Of a stretch of 64,000 nt of DNA, positions 52,855 through 64,000 are shown piece after piece. The position numbers and the translations under genes were made by a program. The first letter of the stretch is position 1, and every line of letters begins with the position of its first letter. The notes below the pieces were generated by a model. It worked only from the letters and a program-made list of their open reading frames with translations, was not told the DNA's origin and searched no databases. Source of the DNA: the human T2T-CHM13v2.0 reference genome, Homo sapiens; assembly GCF_009914755.1 (NCBI RefSeq), contig NC_060928.1. One strand, written 5' to 3'.

Positions 52855-53711
52855 GTGGTCTGTGCATTATGGGCAGTCAACATGGAGGAGTGAACACCTG
52901 GGAAAGGTAGCCAATTCCAGGCTTGGGAAGGCTCCAAAGCTGTTCCAGAAATGGAACCAGCCACCCCGGCAGGGTGGGGACATGCAAGAAACCATAGGAC
53001 ACCTCCTTGGCTTCAGGACTGGTAGGCACCAGCCACAAAGTCACATCTTGGCCCTTTCCAAGGTTTTCCAGAAAGTTCTAGCATTCTATGCACAAGGCAG
53101 GAATCATAATCCTGTGGTTTAGTGGGGCTGAGTGCGGCTGCTACCACAAACACTTCATTAGTCAGAAAGTGCCTCCGTAGGATCACCGGTAGGATCAGAA
53201 ATGAACTCAAAGCACCAAAAGAAAATATTTTTCGTGTAATATATTTGGAAACTATTTCTCATATGCAGAGGTCCACAAAGCATTCAAAGGCCACAAACCC
53301 GAAAATACTACAGACACTTTGGAAGCCTAGGAAGATTTCCCAGTTCCTGAGGCTGCATGACAAGGCTGCCAGTGTTCCTACAGCTGGTGGCCCCAAGAGT
53401 CTCCCCTTTTATTATTATTTTTTTCTGTTTCTTACCCCATCAGACCCCTTTCCCTGGGAGGCTCCTTTCAAAAGCTTCACTACATCTGTGAGAGCTTGGA
53501 GGGAAGTGAAGAAATCAACCTCCTCTGACAGAGAGGTTTGAAAGCAGAGCTGTTCAGTGTTCCAGTGTCCTGCTGTTCTTTGCAGGCAAATGCTTCTTGT
53601 GTTTTATTCACAGTAGCCATAATACATTCCACCCCAAGACTAACATGCAAACATGAAGGGACTGCCTAGAAGACCAGAGAGAAGTGCCGTGGTTTGAGCC
53701 TAGATCCCACT

Positions 53712-54119
53712 TGTGTTAGTCTGTTCTTGCATTGCTATAACAAAATACCTGAAACTAGATAATTTATCAACTAAGGAGGTTTAATTGGCTCACAGTTCTG
53801 CAGGCTGTACAAACATGGAGCTGACATCAGCACAGCTTCTGGTAAGGCTTCAGAGAGCTTTTACTTGTGGAGGAAAGCAAAGCAGGAGCAGGCACATCAC
53901 AAGGCAAGAGAGAGAAGAGGGAGGTCACGGGTTCTTTTAAACAACCAGATCTAGTGTGAACTAACTGAGCAAGAACTCTCATCACCAACGGGATGACACT
54001 AAGCCATTCATGAGGGATCTGCTCCCGTGATCCAATACCTCCCATGAGACCCCCCCATCAACATTGGAGGTCACATTTCAGTGAAAGATTTAGAGAGGAC
54101 AAACATCTAAACCGTAGCA
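53712..54119 (-). mobile_element. MSTB-like MaLR solo LTR with perfect 5-bp TSD
   Basis: TG...CA ends. CCACT at 53707-53711 and 54120-54124. Confidence 0.88.
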
Positions 54120-54485
54120 CCACTTTTCCTAGCTTCAACCTCAGATTGCAGTTTCTCCTCCCAGGCTTCTCAGACTGGCCTGCATATGGAATACTGTTCC
54201 CACTACCTCCTTAACGACTACCCAGGTCTGAACCACAGAGCAGCAAGTGTTAAAAGACACAAGCTCAAGTAAATGCTCTAGGATTGTGCCGTCTAATGTG
54301 GTAGCCACTGACCACGGGAGTGACTGAGCTCTGGCAGTGTAGCTAATCCAAATTGAGATGCCCTGTAAGTATAAAATACACACCAGATTTTGAATACTTT
54401 GTATAAAAAAGAATGTAAAATATGTTATTAATGCTTATATTGGTTACACTTATTTTTGATACATTGTGTTGAATAGAATATAGCA

Positions 54486-54842
54486 TGTCTTAGTCCACTT
54501 TCTGTTGCTGTAACAGAATACCACACACTGGGTCATTTATAAAGAAAATAAGTGTATTTGGCTCATGGCCTGGAGGCTGGGAAGTCCAATGGCACGGTGA
54601 CACCTTCTAGTGAGGGCTTTTGTACTGTGTCATGGTAGAGGGTGTCACATAGCAAGACTGCAAGAGCATGCCTGTCAGCTTCCTCTTCCTATAAAGCTGC
54701 TACTGTCATCAGTGGGGGTCCCCACCCTCATGACCTTATCCAATCCTAATTACCTCCCAAAAGACCCACCTTGAAATAACATACGAATTTGGCACTTAGT
54801 TTCTCACACATAAAGTTTGGGGGACACATTTAAACCATAGCA
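54486..54842 (-). mobile_element. MLT1A/MST-like solo LTR
   Basis: tgtcttagtcc...gggggacacatttaaaccatagca. Flanks tagca/tagta are a degraded TSD. Confidence 0.8.
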
Positions 54843-54857
54843 TAGTATTAAACTTAA

Positions 54858-55166
<309 letters not shown>

Positions 55167-56564
55167 TGTTTTTACTTTTATTCCTGTGGCTACCACAAAA
55201 CTTAAAATGATATGTGTGCTTCACACTTTATTTCTATTGGATGGCATTGCTTTAGAAGTGCTGGAAGAAACACCCATGTAGTCTAAGGGTCAGGAGAATT
55301 CCTGGAGAGGGGACATTGGGGCTGTGCTGAGACAGGAGGGGGCATTTCATCAGGGGATGAGAGGAGGGCTTTAGGGCTTTTGTGTGGGGAGAAACTACCT
55401 CAACTTGCTAGCAGACCAGCTCAGCTGGCGGGGGGGCAGGAGGTGAGTCGGGTTTTATCAGGTTCATATTTCAAATGACTTGCTAGCTCAAGCCAGCTTT
55501 TCATTCTGCCATAGCACATCAGGGGCAGGAAATGGAAAGTCGAGATGCAATGTGTCTCCAAGCCCCTTCGGCCCTTCAGGAGGAAGGGAACTGTTTGTCC
55601 TGCAAGTCATTGGTACAGACAGTAGCCTACGTAGAGACAGGTTTGCATTTCAGCACAAGGTCCTATAGTAACAGCTGCCATTTCAATGCTGCAGAAATAT
55701 CTTAAGCACTCACTGTCTCTTCAATGTTCTCAAAAATTCCATCCGGCTACTTTGATTACAGCCTGCATCTCACAAATAAGGAAATAAAGTCTCTGAGGGG
55801 TTACTGACAGCCATAAAGCCACATCAGATAAAAGAGGAAGTCAGGATTTGCCCTCCACACCCCTGTTTCTGCACTCAAGACCAGCATGGGCCACCTTGTG
55901 CCAACTTCTACTTGGCCCCAGGGCCCCCACCCCAGCTGCCTGCCCCAGACAACCCCACATCTGGCTGCTGGTCGTTCTGCTCTGACTTGTACTGCCTGGC
56001 GAGTGCTCCTGGACTCTGCTGGCTGCTCCTAAGCCAACAGGTACAGCCTGAGTCCAGGCCCAGCACCCAGCCCTTTGCCATGGTCCGTGGAATAGAAGGA
56101 AAGCGTTCAGAAGCTGCTCCCGGAGCTCTCTGCTGGCTGGGGAAGCTGACCTGGGTGAAAGGGCCAGCTGCCCCATTTCCCCGTGGCTCTGCATCCTCCC
56201 ATCCCGCTGCAGTGCCCCCGGGTCCCCTAGGGGTCTGTATCTGCTCCAGGGAGATCTGGGCTTGTTGGGCTTTGCCTTTTGTCCAGTCCTCCGTTTCACC
56301 CCGCAGGTTCCATCTGGCATTTAGATATTAGAAATAGCTGCAAGTGAGGGTGTGACTTGGGTGGAGACCTGGAGCCTGTACTCCACCCTGAAAAGGAAAA
56401 AAAAAAAAAGCTTATTTAATTCATTTCTGTACTTGGAAGCCTCTAGCTATTTAGAATGCCAATTAGGCAGAGGCTGTTGGATTTGTTTTTTTTTTTTCTT
56501 TCCCTATCCCAAGACGGCCTGTCTGATTTTCTGTGCCTGTTGACTTAAGCTCTTACAGGAGGTT

Positions 56565-56671
56565 GGGTGGGGCGGGCGTGGCGCGCCCACAGCTGCTTTG
56601 AACGTGGCCTGGCTGAGCTTTGCTGACTTTCGGTAAGAGCCTAGGGGGTGGGGGTGGGGGTGGGTGAGGGG
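56565..56671. promoter_or_regulatory. Candidate GC-box/KLF plus G-quadruplex regulatory element
   Basis: GGGTGGGGCGGGCGTGGCGCGCCC, CAGCTG and (G5T)3-GGG-TGA-GGGG in non-repeat sequence. Motif evidence only. Confidence 0.35.
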
Positions 56672-58364
56672 CCACAGAAGGGCCCAGCTCTTCCCTGTTA
56701 CTTCCAAGATGCAGGAGTTTGGGTTAAGAGGAAAGATGTGTCCCTGAGAGAGGGGAGTCCAGCTGACTGGTGACTGAGGAAGCCCTTAACAGATATCCCC
56801 ACCGGGAGGGTGCTAGGGCTCTTGGCTCCTGCAGAACTTGGGCCTCTCCAGGACTCATCTGGCATCAGTTGTAGTTTCTATGTGCTCTAAGTCACTATTT
56901 CCTCGTCAGTGTGGTGATTCCAGTCCCTGCCCAGAGCTCAGGGTGGGTTTTGTGGTACCTGAGCGTGGCATACCGTAAGACTTACAGACATTAGCTCTCA
57001 TCGGCTTCTGTATTCTCTTGACATACACAGCCAGATGACGCTCAAAGAACAATTCCTGAATGGTTGAATGCAATTTATAGGAAGACCAACATAAATTGAA
57101 GGGCCTCTAGTTATTAGCCAAATATTAATATGTAAGATGATATTTTTTTAAAGTGAAAGCATTGCATCATACAATGTAAAGTGTATGTTATTGCATAATT
57201 ATTAAAGCATCACAAAGTAAATGACTGCAACAGTTTAAAAATCCATGCAAGTAGATATTTCAGCAAGCAAAAATAAGAAACATCCATACACTCACCCTCC
57301 AGCGGTCATGGCCATTATTAAAACACTATGATGTGTGATCTTTGGGCTCTTTTTCTATGGATATATTAATTTGTACTTGCATATACATGGGGCGGAGGCT
57401 CTGATGCTGTTAGTGAGGGTTGTAAAGGAGTGACGGCGCTTTTGCCCCTATGGTTCTTTGGGTGTCACTGATGTGGCCTGGAGCTTGTGTGACGGAGGGA
57501 GAGATGGAACTGGGGGTGCACTGGCCCTATTGAGAAACAGGGATGACAGGGAAAGTAAAGCGATGTCACGGCCTTTGTCCTTAACCTGCCTGGGAACCCA
57601 GTTTGAGTTTTCACGGGGGAGAGAGGTAAGGGCCACAGGCTAAAGAAACTGGTTTTATGACAGACTTTGTGAGCGTCTGGGCACAGACGATCCTGCTTCA
57701 GGACCAAATGACAAGATGAATCAGGGAGGGGGTTGATGTTGGCACCATTACCTGCAGTGACAATGGGTTTCTTTGAAAGTTTGTTTAATGGGCTACTTAC
57801 TGCAAATGAACAAAATGGAGAACAGTCGCGGGTTCTAGTGGTTTAGACACTAAACTCCCTTTGAGACTGCTGGGAAAAACAGGAAGATTTTAAAGGGAGA
57901 CTCCGGTTCTGCTGTTTGGGGAGCTCAGAGTCATGGGAATTTGGGTATAAATATAAATTGGATGCTCTTATTAAACAAATATTGACTCATTTATTTTATA
58001 ATAACTTATTGTTTGGTTATGAAGATGAAAACATTAATTTAAATTATGTTCATAGAGTCCATTCCATCATTTATCGAACAACAATAAGAAGATGAGATTC
58101 AAAGGAATTCCACAGTGTTCTTCAGATTCTATCAGTTGTAGGACACTTCAGGTATACAAAGACGGCTGGCTACCCTTTATTTCTCCAAAGTCCATCCTTG
58201 CTTGGCATGATGGCAAAGGAAAATGAACATGAGGCCCACCTAGTGCAGCATTTTAGATCTAACTTGGTACCCAATTGAGGAAACAATCTGAACTTCACAA
58301 ATCCCAAGTCGGCAACCACGTGCCAAGCCTGCCAGCACCCATGATGAACTATGGCTTTGTCAGC

Positions 58365-58788
58365 TGTCTTGGGCCATTTGGTGTTGCTACAAAGGAACAC
58401 CTGAGGCTGTGTAATTTCTAAAGAAAAGAAGTTATGTGGTGCATGGCTTAGCAAGCTCTATAAGAAACATGGCGCCAACTCCTACCTCTGATGAGGTCCT
58501 TTGGTTGCTTCCCTTCATGGCAGAAGGCAGAGCGGAGCCAGCGTGTGCAAAAGCCACATAGCAAGAGAGGAAGCAAGGGGAGGGAGGTGCAGGCTCTTTT
58601 TAACAATCAGCCCTCAAGGAAACTAAAAGAATGAGAATTCACTCACCACCCTCCCCCAGGGAGAGCATCAACCTATCCACAAGAGACCCATCCCCATGAC
58701 CCAAACACCTCCCATTTGGCCCACCTCCAACATTGGGGATCAAGTTTCAACATGAGATTTGGAGGAGACAAGCATCCAAACTATAGCA
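58365..58788 (-). mobile_element. MST-family solo LTR
   Basis: tgtcttgggccatttg...cacctgaggctg.gtaattt...ccaacattggggatcaagtttcaacatgagatttgg...caaactatagca. Confidence 0.82.
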
Positions 58789-59439
58789 CCCACCTTCAGG
58801 AGCTGGGCATGTAATACTCAGGAGAAGGTCAACTGCAAGCCACACCCCTGGGAAGAGGCACACCCTCTTATGTAATGCAACAGCCACAGCCTCCGGACTT
58901 CATTCCTATCTCATATCCAGAGTTTAAGTGCAGCAGAGGAGTAAAACCTGACTCTAGAAGCTTAAGTGCTTTCCAAGTGTTAATACTGCCTTGCAGAATG
59001 CCTTGGGAGAGCTCAATTGTACATTACATTCCTTATGAACACAGTTCCTGTGTGTCATGCTCCTTAGAGGGTATCTGATGAGAGAAGCTTACTGCTGGCA
59101 GGTGCTGTAGGAATCCCTTTCTTCAGACAGGACCTTGCCTTGGGTCCTCCATGGCCTGTGAAAGTCTTCAAGGGTCTAACCTCTTGTTCTCTCTTTTATG
59201 TGCCTCCCTCTCCCCAACTTGAGAGAGTCTCACTATAACCCCAGAACACCATTCAATTTCCACTTCATTGTAGACTGAGTCTTTATTACCAGATGTCAAG
59301 GTGTTTTTTACTGAAGCATCAACGTCACTTTTTCAGACAGATGGTCTTTTAAAACCCCAAGGCAGGGAGAAGTATGGAAAAGCTGTATCTACAGAGAGGT
59401 GATTTCATTCTTAACTTATGTTTTTCTTCATTAGATGCC

Positions 59440-60090
59440 AAAGAAATACTTCTTGAACTCATGATCTCCACTGCTACCATATTGGTTCAGGCCACCATTC
59501 TCTTTGGGCTGGACCAGTGCAATCTTTTTCAATGGTTTTATTTGCTTCCAGCCCTTCTCCAACCATACTCATCCAGGTGATCGAAACACACACACACACA
59601 CACACACCTGACCTTGTCCCTCCCCACCACTGCTGAACTCCACCTACTTTCAGTCCTGCAATGACACTGGCTGTCTTTCAGATTCCCAAATCTGCACAAA
59701 CCCATTCCTTCCTCTGTCAGAGCCTTTGTCTGGACTGCTTCTCCTGCCTTTCCTTCTTTGAAATTGACTCCTTTAACTTCAGATCTCAGCTCAAGCATCG
59801 CTTCCTGTAAAAGCGTTTCACAAACTCCAGGCTAGAACAATTTCCTTGCAATATGTTCTTTTAACACTTGGTAGTTTCTTTCCATTTCATTGATCAGAAT
59901 GACTGCTTATATATTTTTCTGGGTGACTACTTGATTAATGTCTGTCTTTTCACTAGATTATAAGTGACATGAGAATAAGGACTGTGCCCATTTTGGTCAC
60001 CATTATATCCTTAATACCTAGCACAGAGCCCAACACAAAAATGCGTTATTAATAGATATTTGTCAAATACTTTTACTTGAATAGATATGT
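59440..60090 (+). mobile_element. L2 3' region with an internal (CA)n (about 59586-59607)
   Basis: ccactgctaccat...caggccacc...tcagatctcagctcaag...cactagattataag...tacctagcacagagcc. Boundaries approximate. Confidence 0.6.
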
Positions 60091-60356
60091 GAACTTGGCT
60101 CCCAGGAGTTTATCATCAGCTAGGAGAGAAAAAGATTGCTCTTTATTCCCCAAAGCCCTTTTCAAATGTCATCCTCATCGTGAGGTTTCCCTGTGCAATC
60201 CCCTTTCCTCCTCTCCACCCCTGGACAGAATAACCTTCTTCCAGCGCAGGCCCCAGCATGCTCTGTTGTTCCTTAGTATTCCCTTCTTGGGCTTTTGGAA
60301 GAAGACTGGTCTGCCTTCATCCAAATCTTTCAACTGGACAGATCCACCTGGATACC

Positions 60357-60776
60357 TGCATCAGTTTCTTAGGGCTGCCAATATAAAGTACCAGAAACTG
60401 GGTGGCTTTAAACAACAATTCACCATCTCACAGTTCAGGAGGTTAGAAGTCTGAAATTGGAAAGTCCGCAGGGCCATGCCCCCTCTGAAGCCTGTTAGGG
60501 AGAATCCTTCTGACATCTTCTAGCTTCTGGAGTTTGCTGCCAATCTTTGATATTTCTTGGCCTGTAGGTGCATCACTCCAATCTCTGCCTCCATGATCAC
60601 ATGACTGTCTTCTTATAAGGACACCAGTCATATTAAGGCCCACACTACTCCAAGAGGACCTCATTTTAACAAACTATATCTGCAACTCCCCTACTTCCAA
60701 ATAAGGTCACATCTTGAGACATTGAGGATTGTGACTTGAATACATCTTTTGGGAGGACACAGTTCAACACATAGCA
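60357..60776 (-). mobile_element. MLT1B-like solo LTR
   Basis: agggctgcca...aaagtaccagaaactgggtggct...tcttataaggacaccagtcatatt...ggacacagttcaacacatagca. Confidence 0.82.
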
Positions 60777-61106
60777 ATAGGCAGTGGGTAACTCAAACTC
60801 ACCAGATCTCAAATTGGCCTCCATGTCTTTTCCCCGGACTCACTCATTTTCCTGTACTCCTTATCCTGATTGGGGGCACTAGGCCCTAAAGCAGAAACCT
60901 GGAAGTCATTCTATTCTTCTCCTTCTTTTATATCTACATAGTCATGATGTTCTAACAAGTATCTCTTTAAGAGTTCTCATATTCATCCCCCAAATCCCTG
61001 TTTTAGTTTCTTCATCATTTTTAACCTATGCAACTATAAGAATCAAACTAGTTTTCCTATCTCTTGTTTCAACCCCCTCTAACTCATTCTCTGCATTGCT
61101 GCATGA

Positions 61107-61457
<351 letters not shown>

Positions 61458-61649
61458 TTAGAACTCTTCTCAAGCTCTGCTCTGCACATAAGGTGGTCCA
61501 AATTCCTATGCAGAGCACATGAGATTTCATCATCTCATCCCTACTTTTCCGAGCTCCTCTTTAGACATTTCCTCTTGCAATCTCTTCTCCAGTCATTGTG
61601 AACCATTCACAGTTCCCTAAACCCAGGAAACAGTTTCATGCCTTGTGCT

Positions 61650-62048
61650 TGTAGCAGAGACATTTATTACTCATGGAATAGCCATGTGTTCCTGTACATT
61701 TTGCAACTCCGGGAGGCATGTGATTAGTTCTGGCCAATGGGCTGTGGATGAAAATTTTATGTGTCACCTCTGAGCTGAAGCATTGAAGAGCCAGTGTGCT
61801 AAATTCCAGCTTTTTTTGTTTTCCTGTAATGCCAGCTTACAAACCACATGTTCCAGGTGGTACAGCTGGACCCTCTAGCTTGGGTCCCCAAGTGACTGTG
61901 TGGAGCAGGGCCCTGCTCCTTACTCCTCCTGTCCAGCTGACCTGATTAGGCAGGTGACCTGAGTGAGAAATAAACTTCAGCTATCTTCAGCTACGAAGGC
62001 TTCAGGGTCATATTATTACCAAAGCATAACCTAGGCTTTCCTGACTCA
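61650..62048 (+). mobile_element. Old MaLR LTR (MLT1I/J-like)
   Basis: catgtgattagttctggccaatgg...gtgactgtgtggagcag...gagtgagaaataaactt...agcataaccta. Confidence 0.65.
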
Positions 62049-62823
62049 TGCTTTTGTACAAGCTCTTCCCTTTGCCTAACATGACCCCCTTCAGCTGCCT
62101 GGGAAAGTCTTACTGATCATTCCAGCCCCATTGATCTTCTCTTCTGTGAAACCTGATCTGAGTCATTGCAAAAGAAAGCTAACTACTTCCTCCTGTGCTC
62201 CCATGGCAACTTGTAAACAATGCTGACATCATCCTCATCGCTGGTTATCATAACAATTTAATATCCATCAATTCATATGGTACTAGATCATGGGTGCATT
62301 GAGGGCAGGGACTGTGTGTCCATCCAGCTATCAAATTTGTATCTCCAGCACCCCACAGAAGGATTTGCATACAGACGATACCCAATCCAATGAATGATGA
62401 ATGAATAAAAAACTGACTAAATGTAATCTGTACAGAATAGGCTTTTGGCTGAGCATGATGGGGGAGGTCTGGGTCATACAGTGAAAACACTGTATGGGAC
62501 TCTATAGTTTGCAGACATTAGAAGACAATAATTGCCATTTTGAGCTTATGTTGAATTCATATTGGCCTGTATAATGTGTATTACTATAGAAAATAAAACT
62601 TTCATACATACAATCAGGAAGGTGATTCTTCAAAGAGTGTCTAAAAATTAATTATGACTCATGAGTGAGTGCACGAGAGTGGAATCAATGTGGGTCCTGT
62701 TAGTGGAGAGTGTTTATTTAGGAAACAACACTGCACATGTGTAACAGCCAGAATGACGATTAAGATCACGTGTAACTGGCACATTACAAAAAGGTGGAAA
62801 GGACACTGTGAACAAAATGCAAC

Positions 62824-63048
62824 TCTATCTATCATCTTTCTACCTATCTATCATCTCTCGATTTATCTACCTACCTATCATCTATCAATCTATTATCTAT
62901 CATCTATTAGCTATTATCTATCTATCTTCTGTCTATCATCTATCTATCATCTACCTATTATCTATCATCTATCTACTATCTATCATCTATCTACCTATCA
63001 TCTGTCTATTATCTATCTATCTATCAATCTATCTATTATCTATCTATC

Positions 63049-63079
<31 letters not shown>

Positions 63080-63110
63080 AATCATCTATCTATCTTCTAT
63101 CATCACCTAT
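62824..63110. repeat. Complex degenerate (TCTA/TCA)n, i.e. GATA-type, tetranucleotide repeat
   Basis: ~290 bp, with a longest pure run of about (ATCT)7 near 63049-63079. Explains the spurious IYLS ORFs. Confidence 0.95.
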
Positions 63111-64000
63111 AAATCCCATGACAGCAGTAGGGGCAGATCTAAGTTTTGTGGGGCCTCTCATTGCCTCTTTAAATTAATTCTATTGGGTAGGGGCAGCATT
63201 CCTCTACCCCTGCTGATGACTTGGGTAGACCAGAGATCTCAAGGTCACATTCAGACAATAAAATATCCTTTGAATTGCACAAAATGGCCTCCATTCAGAT
63301 TTTAGCATTCCAAGTCGCAGATAATAGTTAAAACTTCAGAAACAATTTAGCTTTAAATCTTCTTTCCTTCCCTGGCTGGGACCTGTCTCACCCAGGAAGT
63401 CTGCCCTGGGAAGGGGTCATGGCCCTCTTCCTTTCCCCTCCCTCTGCTCACCTCCTTCCCTTTGTTTGCTGCTATTTCCCTCCATTCCTGGAATGAAGCC
63501 CAGAAAGGGGAGAGGTATGAGGATGAAACAGCTCTCATGTGGCTGGGCAGCCTAAGGCCTTTGGGCCGGACAGCTGGCCTCCCTGGAGCAGCCTGGCTGA
63601 TGATTAAAGCTGACCCTGCCATGAGCTCCACAAAGGCCTCCAGCTGGGCTGCTCTCGCCTGTGGTTCCATTGACCCAGGCTGAAGCACCTCTGTCCCTTC
63701 AGGTGGTCTCATGTGATTCTTTCCCCAGCTCCTGGGATTCTGGAGGTGCCACGTCCAGTCCCTCTGCTGAGGTCTTCAGTCCATGCCTTTAAGCCCCAAG
63801 ACCACCCCACACTACCCCACACCTGCTTCTTTTCCCACGTGGCCCTCATCTGGTCTTGGGACATGCTGCTTGCTCTGCCACAATAGTATCCATCGGTTAA
63901 AATATTTTGGCGCTGTCCTATGTCCTTTGCATTTATTACCTAATTAATAATGCTCACAACCAAGTAGGTACATTTGGCAGGCTGTATCCATGGGTATTTC

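Noticed and set aside
62669-63305. Hydrophobic IYLS-rich ORFs of 147 and 165 aa
   Set aside because: Translations of the (TCTA)n repeat.

Overview
Primate (almost certainly human) genomic DNA, not prokaryotic: no operons, rRNA, tRNA or CRISPR. The window holds the 3' end of TBC1D1, the Rab-GAP paralogue of AS160/TBC1D4, on the + strand. Six coding exons (4052-4210, 16770-17014, 19098-19257, 26029-26198, 34151-34324, 38210-38410) have canonical AG/GT junctions and compatible phases. They encode most of the TBC domain (IxxDxxR and YxQ fingers) and the C-terminal coiled coil. A ~1.8 kb 3' UTR with AATAAA at 38674, 39120 and 40220 follows, then ~24 kb of repeat-rich, apparently non-coding DNA. 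Most other content is ordinary Alu, L1, L2, MIR, MaLR LTR and DNA-transposon fossils; family calls are from memory of consensus sequences and subfamily calls are tentative. The most unusual structure is two near-identical non-TE local duplications around the last exon, both offset by ~1.07 kb. A 91-bp poly(A)-signal module occurs in both the last intron (37569-37659) and the 3' UTR (38644-38734). A 145-bp hairpin-containing module precedes each of the two distal poly(A) signals (38940-39084, 40002-40146). A 132-bp UG/UA tract lies ~550 nt upstream of the intronic copy. Together these suggest an alternative/intronic polyadenylation hypothesis, which is inference only. I found no evidence of a new protein-coding system.
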